From NCBI GenBank assembly GCA_023213395.1, contig CM041465.1:170817741-170881740 (forward strand): DNA of 64,000 nt, written 5' to 3'. This DNA comes from Cycas panzhihuaensis. Its lineage: Eukaryota; Plantae; Cycadophyta. Shown here piece by piece: positions 38,506 through 52,121 of the stretch (within the stretch, counting starts at the first letter, position 1; each line of letters begins with the position of its first letter). The notes beneath the pieces were generated by a model that made no database searches, had not been told where the DNA came from, and saw only the letters and a program-made list of their open reading frames with translations. A program made the position numbers and the translations under genes.

Positions 38506-41500
38506 AGTGGTATTAGAGCTTCGTTATGTGATGAAGGGGAGCTATGCAATAAGCAAAAATCAATATTTTTTTTTTTCAGCCAAATTAAGTACTCTCTTTA
38601 TATAAGTAGAGATTAAGGAAAGACCTTCTCTCAGTACTCTCTCCACACAAAGATTGAGGAATTGAACCAATGAAATTCAAAAGTCATGAAGAAAAGGGAT
38701 TTTTTTTTTTTCCTTGGTAATGCTAAACGCATATCCTTTGAATTTAATTTAGTTTATTTTAATTATAGTACTTATGTCATCAGCTCAATGGTAGATAAGG
38801 TCACTTGGTGGCTATCCTTTCCCCTTCTACTCCTCATTCTTAGATAGATAACTCTGTATGGAGACCACCCAAAGTAAGTTAAATACATACCTTATACCAA
38901 GGATTTATAAAGATCATAGTAATCTATCATTTTGGCTAAGTGCATTGTGATTTTTCTGCCCTTTACATGAAAGATTAAAAATAACACTCCTGAATAAACT
39001 ATTAAACATAATGTGCTTGCAGAATTATACCTCCACATACCTTCAAGTATATAGAAGGACCCCTACAGGTCGTAAATCCTTCCTAGTATAGGCAACCTAT
39101 CAGCTACTAAAGTCATATAGTGTAGTGGTTAGTAATTAGCACCATGAAGCTACCTGCCCTAAACTTTTACATAAGAAGTCTATTAGTAAACTTACAAGAC
39201 CAAGCATACTTTGTCTAATGGTTAGTGGAATATCTTATTTCTGGTCACATCTTGATTCAAATGCTCTACTTCCTACTTAAGATTTAAAACTATAGGATAA
39301 CAGACATTAAAAAAAAAAAAAAACAAAGTCATCTCATAGTCCATAAGGAATTCTAAATTTTACAATACTTTTTGGATTTAGAAACAACCAATGGAATTAT
39401 ACTTAAGGTAAAAAAAAATCCATGGCCCAAAAATACCCGTAGTGACCTATACATCTTATTTTGATTAGCACGTAATGCTAACCATTTTTCATTAGGGTAG
39501 TTTTAACTTAAAATTTTTTGATACAATAGTATATAGGCATCTTGTGAGCTCTACTGGCGAAAAAATTCACTTAAAAGCCATATATCACATTTTGATAAGC
39601 TTCTCATGCTCGTTTTAGTGCACTAAGTAAATCCATTATACTTTCAGGGTCAATAAGCTATAGACACCCTATCCCCCCCACCTCCCCCTTACTCCCTTCT
39701 TATTCCCTCACTCGACTCCCAACTTCTTTAAATCTCTTTCTTCTTATCTATCCCTATTTTGTTGCTATGTTCTTTCTTCCTTATGTTGCTTTGTACAATC
39801 CTCTTCTCTGCTCTCATCCTACTTCAAATAATCCCATTCTCTCTTAATAACTAGTGTTTACAATTATCAATGGCACCTAACCAAGCTAATAAATTCTAGA
39901 TGCTTGAAAATAATCTCACATCTATTAAGGATGAGTTCAAGACCATATAAGAAGAGATCACCGTCAATAATGACCAAAATAAAAAAGAATTTGTAGCCAT
40001 CGAAAGTAATTTTGCAAGTATCAATCTTGACCTTGCAAACATTTTAAAGCTACTTTAGTAAATAGTCAACTAAGGTAATGCCTTAAATCAAGCAGAGTTA
40101 TCTAACCAATAGTAGGTACCATTGCCTCCTCCATTCTAAAGTCATCAATGATAACAACCCTTCCATTACAAGATTAATATTCCTATATTTGATCAAGATC
40201 TAAATAAGAGCAATGTAAGGAGTTGGATTAGTAAATTATAGCATATTTTCATCTCCATCCCATGTTTATCGATGACTAACTCACCTTTACATCTATCCAT
40301 CTAGATGGATAGGCTCATCATTGGATTTAGTGGTGGAAGAAGGAGTACCATACGAAGCAATCCTAGGATCAATTTTGTAAAAGCTTCTTTAAGCAATATC
40401 AAGACACATGGAACCATACATTCTTTAGCCAACTCACTCGACTAAGACAATCCTCAATAATAGTAGCTTTCATAAATAAGTTCTAAGCTCTCTAAAATAG
40501 GATTAATATGTAGCTAGATCAACCAACCTTAGTCAAAATCTATGTAGTTAGACTCAAAGAATACATCTAAAAATATCCTTATTAAATACTTTGAGATGGG
40601 CCACAACCATAGCCAAAGTAGTCAAAGCTAAATTCATAGCAGAATGCATATTCATCTCTCAATAGGATATATTATCATACCATCACTTTCGGCCAATAGA
40701 TATACAATGACAACGACTTCACTTAGAGGGTCGTCAAGAGGATTGTCCTACAACAAAATGCTCCATAGTAGAATCACCAATAGTAGAACAAACCACAAGG
40801 TTTGAATGAGTAAGCCTTGTTGAAGCCAAGAGAAGCCAAAAAGCTGGTCTTTGCATCCAATGTACAGAAAAATAGACTATTAGATATGGTAGGGTCTGTA
40901 AAGCAAAACATATGGTCTTCACCATTGATCCTATAATATTAGTTCATGAAGATCTTAATACAGGCAATGAGCTTGAGGAAGGCCTAGCCATAGAACCCCT
41001 TTTTGACCCTAAGTTAGAACCTTAAGTTTCCCTTTCTGCTATTTCCTTTATCGTCTCCTCTACCTCTTGCCCTGAGCCTCTTTGAGTTAGAAGCACCTTG
41101 AAGAAGATTCATGTCATCATCTTGATCGATAGTGATGCATCACTTAACTCCATCATCATGTCCCTAGCCAAACAACTTAACTTATACATAATGCTAAAAA
41201 CTAGTTTTACTTACTCCTTACTAGGATACCATAAACTCCACTATACAGGTCTCATTAAAAACCTCCACATCTATATTGGCACATATTAATTGGATTCTAA
41301 TTATTATGCCCTTTCCATAGGAGGATCAAATGTCATCCTAGGAGTCAAATAGCTCCAAACCCTTAGCACTTACAATACTAATAATCCCCCTATTAATCCA
41401 TTCATTATATTCAAAGACCAATTTGGATAAACACATAAACTACATGGGTATCACCTATAAGTGTTCGACTTCACCATATCTTATAAAAAGGCCAAAGAAA

Positions 41501-44500
41501 ATGTCATAGTCGATGCTCTCTCCTGCTTACCTTTACAATCATCTTAGCCCATATTATAAGCCATCTTTGCCCTCCAACCTATATGGCTATAAGAATTAAC
41601 AATAGATAACTAATCTCAGGTAGATTTTGCTAAACATTCCTTAAAAGTTTAATATCAGAAGGATTTGACCTTGCACAACACCCATATTCTCTACAAAAAT
41701 CAAATCTTTATCCATCCATCATCTTCCTTCATTCTTCGTATCTTGCCTAAGTACCACACCATCCCTTTAGGATGCCACTCATGTTTTAATAAAACCTATC
41801 GATGTATCCAATATGACTTCTATTGGCCTCAAATGAAATCATCCACACCATCCTTCATAGTAAAATGTGATGTCTACCAACACAATAAAGAAAAAACAAG
41901 GGCTTAGCTTAGGCTCCTTTAACCCCTTCAAATTTTGTAAGGTAAATGGGAAGATATTACCATGGATTTCATCACAAACCTTCCATCCTCTATTAGAAAT
42001 GACTCCAGATAGGTAGTCATTGATTGACTAACAAAATATGTATACTTTCTACTAATCCACACATCCTACTAAGCCCCCTGCTTGGCCTACCTACATATCC
42101 AATTCATTTTCTGCCTCCACAGTTTTCCATGTATTATAGTTTTAGATCAGAACCCTAAATTCACATCTTCTTTTTTGTAAGAACTCTTCTATGTAGTTGG
42201 TACCTCTTTCAACATAAGTTCCTCTTATCACCCCTAGACAAATGGTCAATCTGAGATCCTCAATAGAACTTTAGAGACATATCTCCATTGTTTTACCTCA
42301 AAACACTAAAATTTATGGACCTCCTTGTTAGCTCGAGTAGAATCCTAGTATAATTCTTGACACCACTCTGTAATTGGCATGGCCCTTCATGGCTCTATAT
42401 AGTTATCTCCCACCTTCCCATCACGCATTGGCCACTAACTTGCATACAACCACAGTACAATAGAAATTACAAGATATGGATAAAATTCTAAATACCCTTA
42501 AATAAAACTTAGCAATGGATCAGAATTGGATGAAGCAACTAGTTGACTGCCACTACTCTGATTAAACCTTTTTTGTTGGTGAAACGCTCGCTACGGGGCG
42601 GTGATCCTACGTCTAGCAAAGGGATATAAAAAGGCACTATGCTAACTAAGCTAGGCAGTGAGGATCTCACCTCGCAGGACGTCCGTGCGCTGGAGCGCAG
42701 GTTCGGGACTGCAAGGTGCCTGGTTGCTTCCAGGTAGCCGTGCAGAAAATAAGGCCTTCCTACCCTTCGGATGGCTGGGAAGGAAAGGAAATGCCTCGCG
42801 CGTTGCGTCTTCTCAAGGCAATGAGAAGGCAACGAAGGTAGGGGCAACTAATCCAACATGCAAGCAAACACGGTAAAATGTGCGACAGGAGGAAGGCTCG
42901 GGTACGAAGTAAGCAGCTATCTATGCTATGTTATGTAAAACAGAAAAATAATGCAAAAGACGAATGTTTTCCCCTTTTATTCTTTATGTTCTTTTATCTT
43001 TTCTTATCTATTCAGACAAATGCAAAAGAAAAGAAATAGCGTAAAAGGGAACACGTGGGAAGCGAGAGGAATACCTGGATCCGACGTTCGAGTAGAGGTG
43101 TGGCTTGTCTCTCTAAGTTGCGCTCCTTCTTTCTCCTTTCTCCGCGCATGCAAGGCCGATTGATGGTGGTAGAGGGGTGCACTTACCTCCCCTTGAGCAT
43201 ACCAAACTAGATGGAGTGAAAGGAACCGAAAAGAAGCTTAAAACTAAGAGAGAGAAGTACCGTGCGGGGGCTAACCGGCAATGGGCTCGTCCCACGTACC
43301 ACTTCCGCCAACGCGCGATCCTGCAAACAAGTAAGAAAAAAGGCACCTTCCTCTCGGAAGAGAGGCTACAAGATACACCAAGAGATATATGTATATGTAT
43401 ATAAATTGAGATCAACTAAAACTAAGAACTAAAATACGCATTAGAATGTAGCAAAACGAAATAAAAGTGTACAAGAAACTCTCACACCGCCATATACTAC
43501 AAACATACGAAATGGAACTGAGTATAGCCTCAGGATGGCTAACTCACCTACGGGAGGTCTCCACGGAGTTCGGGAAGGAAGCACCGGGTGGTAACAAGAT
43601 AGAGGCGGGTTACCTTAGGCCAATCGGGATGCCCTGACGAAACCCCCTAAACTTCCTTAGCTCGTTCCTTAAGAAAGTGTGTATGGCAAGGGAAAGAGGA
43701 CAAGGGACGGAACCCTTGGGGAGAAGGACAGCAATGGGGGACGGAACCCCGCCTACCTCCCTTGAATCCTCGTGTATATGCCCTTGTACTGGCTGACTAA
43801 AGAAAGAGTAAAAGAGAGCTTAGAGAAAAAGGAGGGGTCCCAAGGAAACACTGGGAAAGTAGCTCTAGTTTAGGGTAGCTCTATGGGATAGCCATGGCTA
43901 ACGGTGATCACTTTCATTTAGGAGCAAGGGGATAAAACAGAAAGAGGGAATGAATGGATTATTTTCTAGTAAAAACAAGAAAGTTACAAATATAAACAAG
44001 AAGTTGCAAGTAAAAGAAACAAGAAATGTAAGTAAAAAAAACCAAGGAGTACCTTGTATGGAGAGATTAAGCATGCACTTTACCACTTGGAACAACAGCA
44101 ATGGATGACAAACAGAGGCTGGTTATGAGTAGTCCTTGCTGGGGTATGGATGAAGGAGGCTCCTTACAAGTTTGGAGTTGTGGAGTTGACCTTTGAAACA
44201 ACTTTTTGGGTTGAAGAAGACCCTTGAATCTCTGAGCACCTGCAAGAAGGATAGAGCTGGCTATGGAGAGTAGTAGGGGGCAGCAATGGCCCTGCAAAAT
44301 CCAGCTGATGGCAGCCCACTTCACCTTCTTCAGTTGCTGTGCATGAAGTTGTTTGTTTCTGTGTGTTTTTTCTGTGCAAAGTTTAGGAGTTCTTCTTGGA
44401 AGTTTGAAAAATGGGCAAAAAGTCCCAAAAATGGGGAGGAAAATTCCCTTTATCCTCCTGCTCACGCAGTGAACGTTGGGGATGTCGTATGCGTCTCCAT

Positions 44501-45705
44501 CGAGCGATGCCACGCCGGTTTAGCGTAAAGCGGCGTGGTTCTCTTTAAATTTCAAGCGAGTACCGCGGTAAATTTTGCGATCTTCGCAAACTCATGCATC
44601 GCTAAGTTTACCCAGATGTCGACCGGCATTAAAAAAAGAGAAAAATGAGTAGAAATATCAGGTTTTGAGGAAAAACAGAGGCTAAACATGAGTCAGACCA
44701 GTTGAGGGAATGCCCGGGCAATGGGCAAGTACCCAAAACAACGCAAAGAGTCCTAACTAAGGATTAAATCGAACTTAGAAAGGACTGCAACATAGGCGAC
44801 ATGCCGTAGCATGAGCAAATGAAACTGACGGAAACAATCCCAGGAAACCGTGGAGACACCGTGGGTGGCTGCGCGCCATACGGGGTGTAACATTCGCTAA
44901 GGAATGCCCCCGCTGTGAGTCATCATAGGCTGAAGGCGTGCCATAGGCACATGCATAATGAGCAAGTAGAAAAGCAATGTGTGCAGGCAGGCATATGTCA
45001 GGCAACCTACTCTAAATAACCTCAATCAAACATGGGCAAGAAAAGTAAGAAAATATACCTGAACAAACCTGCGTCGATGCGTCTCGAGTCCATTCCCAGT
45101 AACTGGGAAACAGTTGGTGACATGATCTTTATTCACCTCCAACTATATAAGCAGCAGTCACTCTGCCACAACAAAAACTATAAACTTAATCCTCGATACT
45201 ATGGTCGTTGCAAGGTTAGCCAACACATTAGTGAAGTTGCTTATGCCCTTGAACTCCCTTCTAATACTAAGATCTATAACTTCTTCTATGTGCCATGCCT
45301 TAAAAAGCTCTTTAGAAAGTCCATTGTACCACATATCACTCTCATAATCCTCACCAAAGAGCAACTCCTAATCTTTCCCCTAGACTATATTTTGGGAACT
45401 AAACACCACCGTCTCCAAAATAAGACCATTTTTTAACATTTGGTGCAATTGATTGGCAGTAGACTCGAGGAAATGACATGGGAGCTAGATGAATTTGTCA
45501 AGTAGCATCCATATCTATTACACTGTGGGGACTCAATATCTTAGGAGAGGGGACCTATTACATAACCACTAGTGGTTGGCATAACTCTTGTGAGTGTACT
45601 CCTTATTAGTAAAAAACAGGTATTAATGTTGACCATTAGAATGTATGCGCAGGTCACTTAGGACCACCAATGGAAATAAATGTTAAATGTCTCTCCAATG
45701 AGATT
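38162..45705 (+). mobile_element. Gypsy element B (family A), RT/RNase H deleted, 3' LTR truncated
   Basis: LTR 38162-38505, PBS tggtattagagc 38508, gag ATG ~39870, protease ILIDSDAS, ~1.4-kb internal deletion at ~41448, empty copia site at 42251, PPT followed by LTR 45556-45705. Confidence 0.88.
42580..45112. mobile_element. 2533-bp GC-rich solo-LTR-like insertion
   Basis: TG..CA termini, perfect TSD gttgg (42575-42579/45113-45117), host integrase continues on both sides, CpGs retained. Confidence 0.88.
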
Positions 45706-47618
45706 TAGACATAGGTTGAAAAATTTTAATTCTAATCAATTCTAACTATAGATGTTCTTATGTATATTTATTAGCCTTGAACAATTACTATTATCTATTA
45801 CATATGTACATACATTTACATTTTGATATTAGTTACATAAATGAAGTAAATTGGTGATAGGTGTAGTTAGTACTTTCACTAACACCTTGAAGATGATTCA
45901 TATGTAGAGTGATTTAAACTTTTTAAAACTATATACAAATATAAGAGCCATTTAAATGAAAAAGGTGATATTAATTTTTACATGTAGGTTTGATTTTAAA
46001 AACAATTTTGGTCTTCATTGTTAGCATATGCAAGTTTGAATCTAAAAGCAATTGTTCTATTTATTGTCTTTATTATTGGAAAATAGAAAATGAAGAATTA
46101 AGGTAGAAGAAAACATTTAGTGTATCTAAAAGTTGCTTTTAGAATTATTTTGATTTATGGGGCCTTACCCTATTAACATTTAGGGTTAAATATAAACACC
46201 TACCACAACTTTGAACAAGCTTAAGCACATGAAAAAGTAAGTTTTTGTACCCTTAAAAGGAACTTGTGCACACTAAGTAGATATGCTTATTTAGGAAATC
46301 AAACCCTTATACCTTAGTCATTATGACATAGGTTTCACATTTTTTGGGTAATATTTTCAAGGATAAGACCATGAAAGGAGAGAGGTAATGATGAATTTTA
46401 GAAATAACAATATATATCTTGATTTTGTGTATAAGTTTTTTAAGGAGACATGAACATAAGCATATGAACTTCTCTTTACTTGGGCATTTCCACCTTAGTG
46501 TACCTCTAGTTATTGTCCTATATTGTGCACTTATTATGACTCGCTTACCTATCTTATTTTTAGTATTTATGTACCATTTTCAAGGATTAAATGGAGGAAT
46601 ACAAGAAGTGTCGATAGATTTCAATGGAACTTTAAAGGTGATTCTAGCAGTGCTAATGCACTTGTAGCTTCTTAACCACATACATATACATGCCATGATT
46701 TACTCCTATTTAAATCCCATAGCACTTTGATTCTTATGTCCATGACTTATGCTTGTATTTTAGCCACATATATTTTCATTATAAATTTGTATGCATATCG
46801 GTTTAAATGATATTGTGACAACATCATTGAATGACCTTTTCTTTCACATTAAATATGCACATATGAATTTGGAGGAAAGTAGAACGTTAAAGTCTATGGT
46901 CTTCTCCTTTGTGTTGAATATGTATTCATTATTGTTTTGAATTTACTTTGATTATCATTGCCACCCAATTGTAATTTCCTCATTATTTCTAGATACCATT
47001 TTATTGAGTGCAAGTTGCATTTGTTTGTCCTCTTTTTTTCTTTGTGTTTCAGTTATTCAACCTAGATTGTTTGTAGTATGGAACACGTTATTTGTACTTA
47101 CCTTATCACACTACTTGTATTCCTTAATTGCCTAGAATTATTGGGCTAGATTCTTGACTATGTGAATTTAAGATGCATGTATGCATATGAGCTCAAGGCA
47201 GATCAAGGCATTAAAGTGTGTGGCATGTTGGCTTCTTTGTATACATAGTTTATATTCCTAGTCTGTTCTCATCCTTGTCATTAAAGTGTGTGGCATGCTG
47301 GCTTCTTTATATACATAGTTTATATTCCTAGTCCCTTCTCATCCTTGTCACATATTATAATTATAGTCGTCAAGTCAATTTTACCTATAGCATGTTGTAT
47401 CCATGCATCTTCCCTTTTCTAATGTTGCTTGACTAATTTAAACCCCATTTAGAAGCATATGTGGCTTACTTAAGTGGTCAAGTTTATTTTTGGGTCAACC
47501 ACTCTTTCTCTTCATGGGTATTCACAGTTGGGATACATTTATCTTTGATTGCCTATATATATGAGTTTGAAGGAGGTTAACCCACACATAGCCCTAAGAT
47601 TCATTTTCATTTTTGAAG
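45706..47618 (+). promoter_or_regulatory. Upstream region of RLK copy 2 (duplicate of 19050-20977) with W-boxes and TATA
   Basis: TTGACY at 47373, 47429, 47476 and 47493; TATA at 47554; 70-bp dimer 47209-47348. Confidence 0.65.
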
Positions 47619-50600
47619 ATGCATCTCTTATTGTTACTTGTTTTGTCCTCCCTTAGATTCCTTCTATCATGCTCAACTCTTGCCCAAGCATCTCATTTTA
47701 ATCCTCATCCCCACCTCAACAATGCTACTCATCGACAATCTCTTTTGGCATTCAAGGCTTCGAACATGTCTGATCCTAACGATGTATTAGGCAATTGGGA
47801 TTCTAATGTAACCTTCTACAATTGGAGAGGCATTTGGTGCAGTTCAAGAAGAGAAAGAGTGGTGGTCATAAATCTCCAAAGCAAGGGCTTAAGAGGTACC
47901 GTCACCCCTTTTTAAAAAATCTCTCGTTTTTGCACACTCTACGACTTGGTAATAATAGTTTTTATGGTCTCATTCCACACGAATTAGGAAGCCTCGGCCG
48001 GTTAAGAACCCTTTCGTTGCCGATAAACGAGTTAGAGGGTCCCATTCCGACGGCACTCGCTAATTGTAGCAAATTGGAAATCTTAGCTCTCTCGTTCAAC
48101 CAGTTGAGCGGAATCATTCCGCCTGAGCTATCTCTTCTGACAGGTTTACGGATACTTTACCTTGATCAAAGCAACCTCAAGGGAACATTCCTCAATCGTT
48201 GGGAAACCTCTCTGCCCTGGTGGAATTAGACTTGGGGGTGAACAATCTCCAGGGTGTCATTCCCCCTCGGTTGGGTCTCCTCATCAATCTACAGTCCCTT
48301 ATGATTAGCGAGAATCATCTTAGCGGACACATTCCACCGTCCCTCTCCAACTGCACTGCTCTCTTCGAATTGGGCTTGTACGACAACCATTTGACGGGAA
48401 CGATTCCCGTGGAGTTGTGCGCCAGGCTCCTCAATCTGCAATTACTCTCTCTGTGGAAGAACCAGCTGGGTGGTAGCATTCCGGATTCTGTGGGCAACTG
48501 TACGCAACTCACAAAACTTGCCCTGAACGAGAATCAACTGACAGGTGCAGTTCCGGCGGCCTTGGGTAAGTTGCATCTTCTTGAACGCCTTTATTTGCAT
48601 AATAATCGACTTGTCAGCGATGACGGATTGCCCGTTGTCACGGCACTCGCCAATTGCTCCGTCCTCCAAGAAATACATTTGAATTCCAATAATCTCACCA
48701 GCGTGTTGCCCCCTTCCATAGGCCGACTGTCTACCAATCTCTCCGTTTTGCGCCTGCAAATCAATCGCATTGGAGGAAACATTCCTCTGCAGATTGGGAA
48801 CCTCAAGAGCCTGTACCACCTGGATTTAAGTAGCAATATCTTCAACGGCGCCCTCCCACCAGCACTCAAAGGACTGGTAAACTTGCAAAGATTGCATCTG
48901 GACAACAACAGACTGCAAGGAAGCATTCCAAGAGAGATCGGTTATCTGAGTAACCTTGGAGAGCTGTACTTGGGCAATAATAGGATCTCCGGAGAAATTC
49001 CTTCCTCTGTTGGCGATCTTCAACAACTGAGATACCTTGATCTCCATCAAAACCAATTGACAGGAAGGATACCGGAGACTCTGGGAAATTGTTGGCGTAT
49101 GGAATTGCTAGATCTGTCCTACAACAGATTCAGTGAAGACATACCGCCAAATGTTGCCGGCCTTCCAAATTTACTTAAATATTTCAATTTGTCAAGCAAC
49201 TCTCTGCGAGGCTCCTTGCCTTTGGAGATCGGTCAGATGGCAAAGGTCTTAGCTATAGATATTTCTATGAATCGCTTAGACGGTGCCATTCCGGGCACCC
49301 TTGGGGGTTGCTCGGCTCTACAATACCTCAATCTTTCTCACAATGCATTAGAAGGGGGTATGTCTCCAGATTCGTTTGGCCAACTAAGAAGTCTCGAGGA
49401 CATGGATCTCTCTTTCAATGGCTTGTCCGGAAGAATACCAGAGTCCTTGGAAACGCTCAATATGCTTGCTCACTTGAACCTCTCTTTCAACAACTTGAGC
49501 GGAGAAATCCCAAGAGCAGGGGTGTTTACCAATCTTACCAGTGCATCGTTTATAGGAAATCCTGGCCTTTGTGGATCGTGGATACATTTGCCTGCATGTC
49601 TCGCTTCTGCTTCCGGGAAACATACAGATTCTGCACACGCAGTTCTCAAAAGAATAATAGCGTCGGTAGCTGCCGTTGGCGGTCTTATACTGTTCATCTT
49701 ACTCGTGGGCTTCTTTCGGAGTCGCAATTGGTATCTCAAGCATTTGGATCTCTCCAAAGGTTTTACGCCAAAACGAGGGCCCCCAAGGATTTCATATCAG
49801 GAGCTTCTTACTGCAACTAATGGTTTCGACGAGGCCAACTTGCTAGGAGTTGGTAGCTTTGGGTCTGTCTATAAAGCCATTCTCCGTGACGGAACCACGG
49901 CTGCCATAAAGGTGTTTCCTTTCCATAACGAAGAGTCTGACAAAAGTTTTAGGAGAGAATGCAGAGTATTGAGAAGAATTCGGCACCGGAATCTGGTTCG
50001 AATCATAACCTCCTTCTCCGACGAACACCTCAAATGTCTGGTTTTTCAGTTCATGCCTAATGGAAGTTTGGAAAAGTGCTTGCACGCTGCTGCAGATGAC
50101 AATACCGTGGATACAGAAGCGTGTGGGTTAAGTTTGAGTGATCGATTGAATGTGGCAATAGACGTAGCCCGTGGCATGACATATTTGCATCACGATTGTT
50201 TTGAGCAGGTGGTTCACTGTGATTCAAAGCCTAGCAATGTGCTCCTTGACGAAAGCATGACAGCCCGCGTGACGGACTTTGGCATTGCAAAATTAATTTA
50301 TCCAAACTCCACCGATTCACTCACTTCAACACAGGCTCTCAGAGGTTCTATCGGCTACATCGCCCCAGGTGGCCCTCTTATTTGTATTATCTGTGAATTT
50401 GTGTTGGAATCGGAAAAACCAAAATCTGATTGTGTGAATTGGAATGCAGAGTATGGATTGAATGGAAGGGTTTCAACCAAGGGAGATGTGTACAGCTATG
50501 GCATTTTGTTGTTAGAAATGCTTACAAGGAAAAAGCCAACCGACGCCATGTTTGCTGAAGGGGATTTGAACCTGCACAAGTGGGTCGCCTTGGCTTATCC

Positions 50601-50900
50601 TGATAGAATACCCAACGTGGTTGATCGCAGCTTGCTGGAGGGTTTCAATACTGACCGGCAGGAGATCGTCCGCTATTGTCTTCTTCGACTCGTGCATGTG
50701 GGATTACTGTCCTCCAAAGAATCACCAGAAGACCGACCGAGCATGAGAGCGGTGGTGGGAGCATTGGAGAGTATTAAGCAGAGCTTTGAAGGAACCACAC
50801 TGTCTGCCAGATTTGCATCGGATATATGGCATTAGTGGCCAATACAAGTGCTGCAGGCGGAGGGTCGGAATCCCGAAGCTCTACTACATCTACCGAGTAG
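47619..50900 (+). pseudogene. LRR-XII (FLS2/EFR/Xa21-like) non-RD receptor kinase copy 2, full length but frameshifted
   Basis: Signal peptide MHLLLLLVLSSL, about 22 LRRs, GNPGLCG, TM IIASVAAVGGLILFILLVGFF, kinase GVGSFGSVYK, AIKV, HCDSKPSN, DFG, GSIGYIAPE/YG, GDVYSYG. 1-bp deletions at ~47905 and ~48186, probably also ~50828. Confidence 0.9.
50369..50449 (+). other. 81-nt GT-AG intron at the conserved LRR-XII kinase position
   Basis: GCC CCA G|gtggcc...aatgcag|AG TAT GGA restores YIAPEYG. Confidence 0.9.
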
Positions 50901-51286
50901 TAGATGTAGTATGGGATGGGACATGGGTACAAAGGGTTAAGATGACATGATATTAGATGTGACATAAATATAAAGAGGATAAATAATATGTCATTATAAT
51001 TAACATTAGAAAAATAATAGCGAGTATGCATATATACATGTATACAAACAAATCCATAGTAATTATTTACAATGACAACAATCACCCACTTGATAATATT
51101 TTTGGGGATGAAATAAAACTTCAAACTATCACTTCTTTATGAAAATGATAAAGAATATATAAATAAGCTCTTATGCAATTGTTGTTTAAAGCTACAATTA
51201 AAAAAAACTAATATAATGTTATTTAGAGATGTTGGGAATTTATTAACTCAACATCCATATTACCCTTCAAATACACATATAAGCAT

Positions 51287-51630
51287 TATTAAAAAGTTGG
51301 GATTTAAACATACAAGAGAAATATGTAATACAAAATACAATATTTAGATGATTTGATAATTATATTTAACATGATAATGTACATATATGTAGAGACGTAT
51401 ACCTCATCTAAGACTAGTGGAAAATAATGATAAAGTAGATGAAAATTTATGACCTTTAATCATATGTGTTAAGAGTATTCACTTATTCAATTACTTATAA
51501 GAAATATTTTTATGTACTTAAGAGAAATCATGCAAATTCATGTACAACAATTTAGAGTGCACAATAATACATCACCAAGTGATTGCAATGACCACTCACA
51601 TAATCCATGTATTAAGCATTATTTTCAACA
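51287..51630. repeat. Degenerate LTR-like repeat, family of 32993-33391
   Basis: Local homology; ends ttcaaca. Confidence 0.5.
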
Positions 51631-52121
51631 CTCCCATATAATATTTCATTCATTATGGTTAGTTAAATATATTTTTCAACCTTACTAAACAAGTGTGCGA
51701 TTAGTTCAACTATGCTTCTATTTGCACTTCCTATATTTCTTCTTCAATTCTAATTTTGATCATCTGAGTTTGGGCTCCTTAAGCTCTAATTATATTTTTA
51801 GCCTTCAAGCTTGAGTTGTTGATGTCTATATAATGAAATAAAACTATCTACCAAAATATGCATATAACCAGCCATTGTAACTACCTATTTTCTAGGAAGA
51901 TTTTTGCATATATGGTTCATCAATATCTATAGAAGTTACATATAGAATATTTATCAACAATCTTTCAATGTGTCCATACTTATCATAATATATTTTAGGA
52001 CTAAGTTGAACTATCTAACTAAATAAATATAAAGCCAAATTGCTTGTTGTACATGAATAAATGAAATTACTTAACTAAATAATATTCAAGCATTCTTGTG
52101 GATAATTGATAAAGCATAAAT

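Noticed and set aside
38780-38800. agctcaatggtaga, like a tRNA D-arm
   Set aside because: No anticodon or T arm, and not conserved in the homologous gypsy C leader.
42539-45005. Many 70-150 aa ORFs in the GC-rich insertion
   Set aside because: Overlapping on both strands with no motifs; expected by chance at this GC content.
47906-47915. C CCT TTT slippery-like heptamer before TAA in RLK copy 2 (programmed -1 frameshift?)
   Set aside because: It is a by-product of a C loss in a homopolymer; copy 1 is in frame here and a second frameshift follows, so slippage would not rescue the protein.
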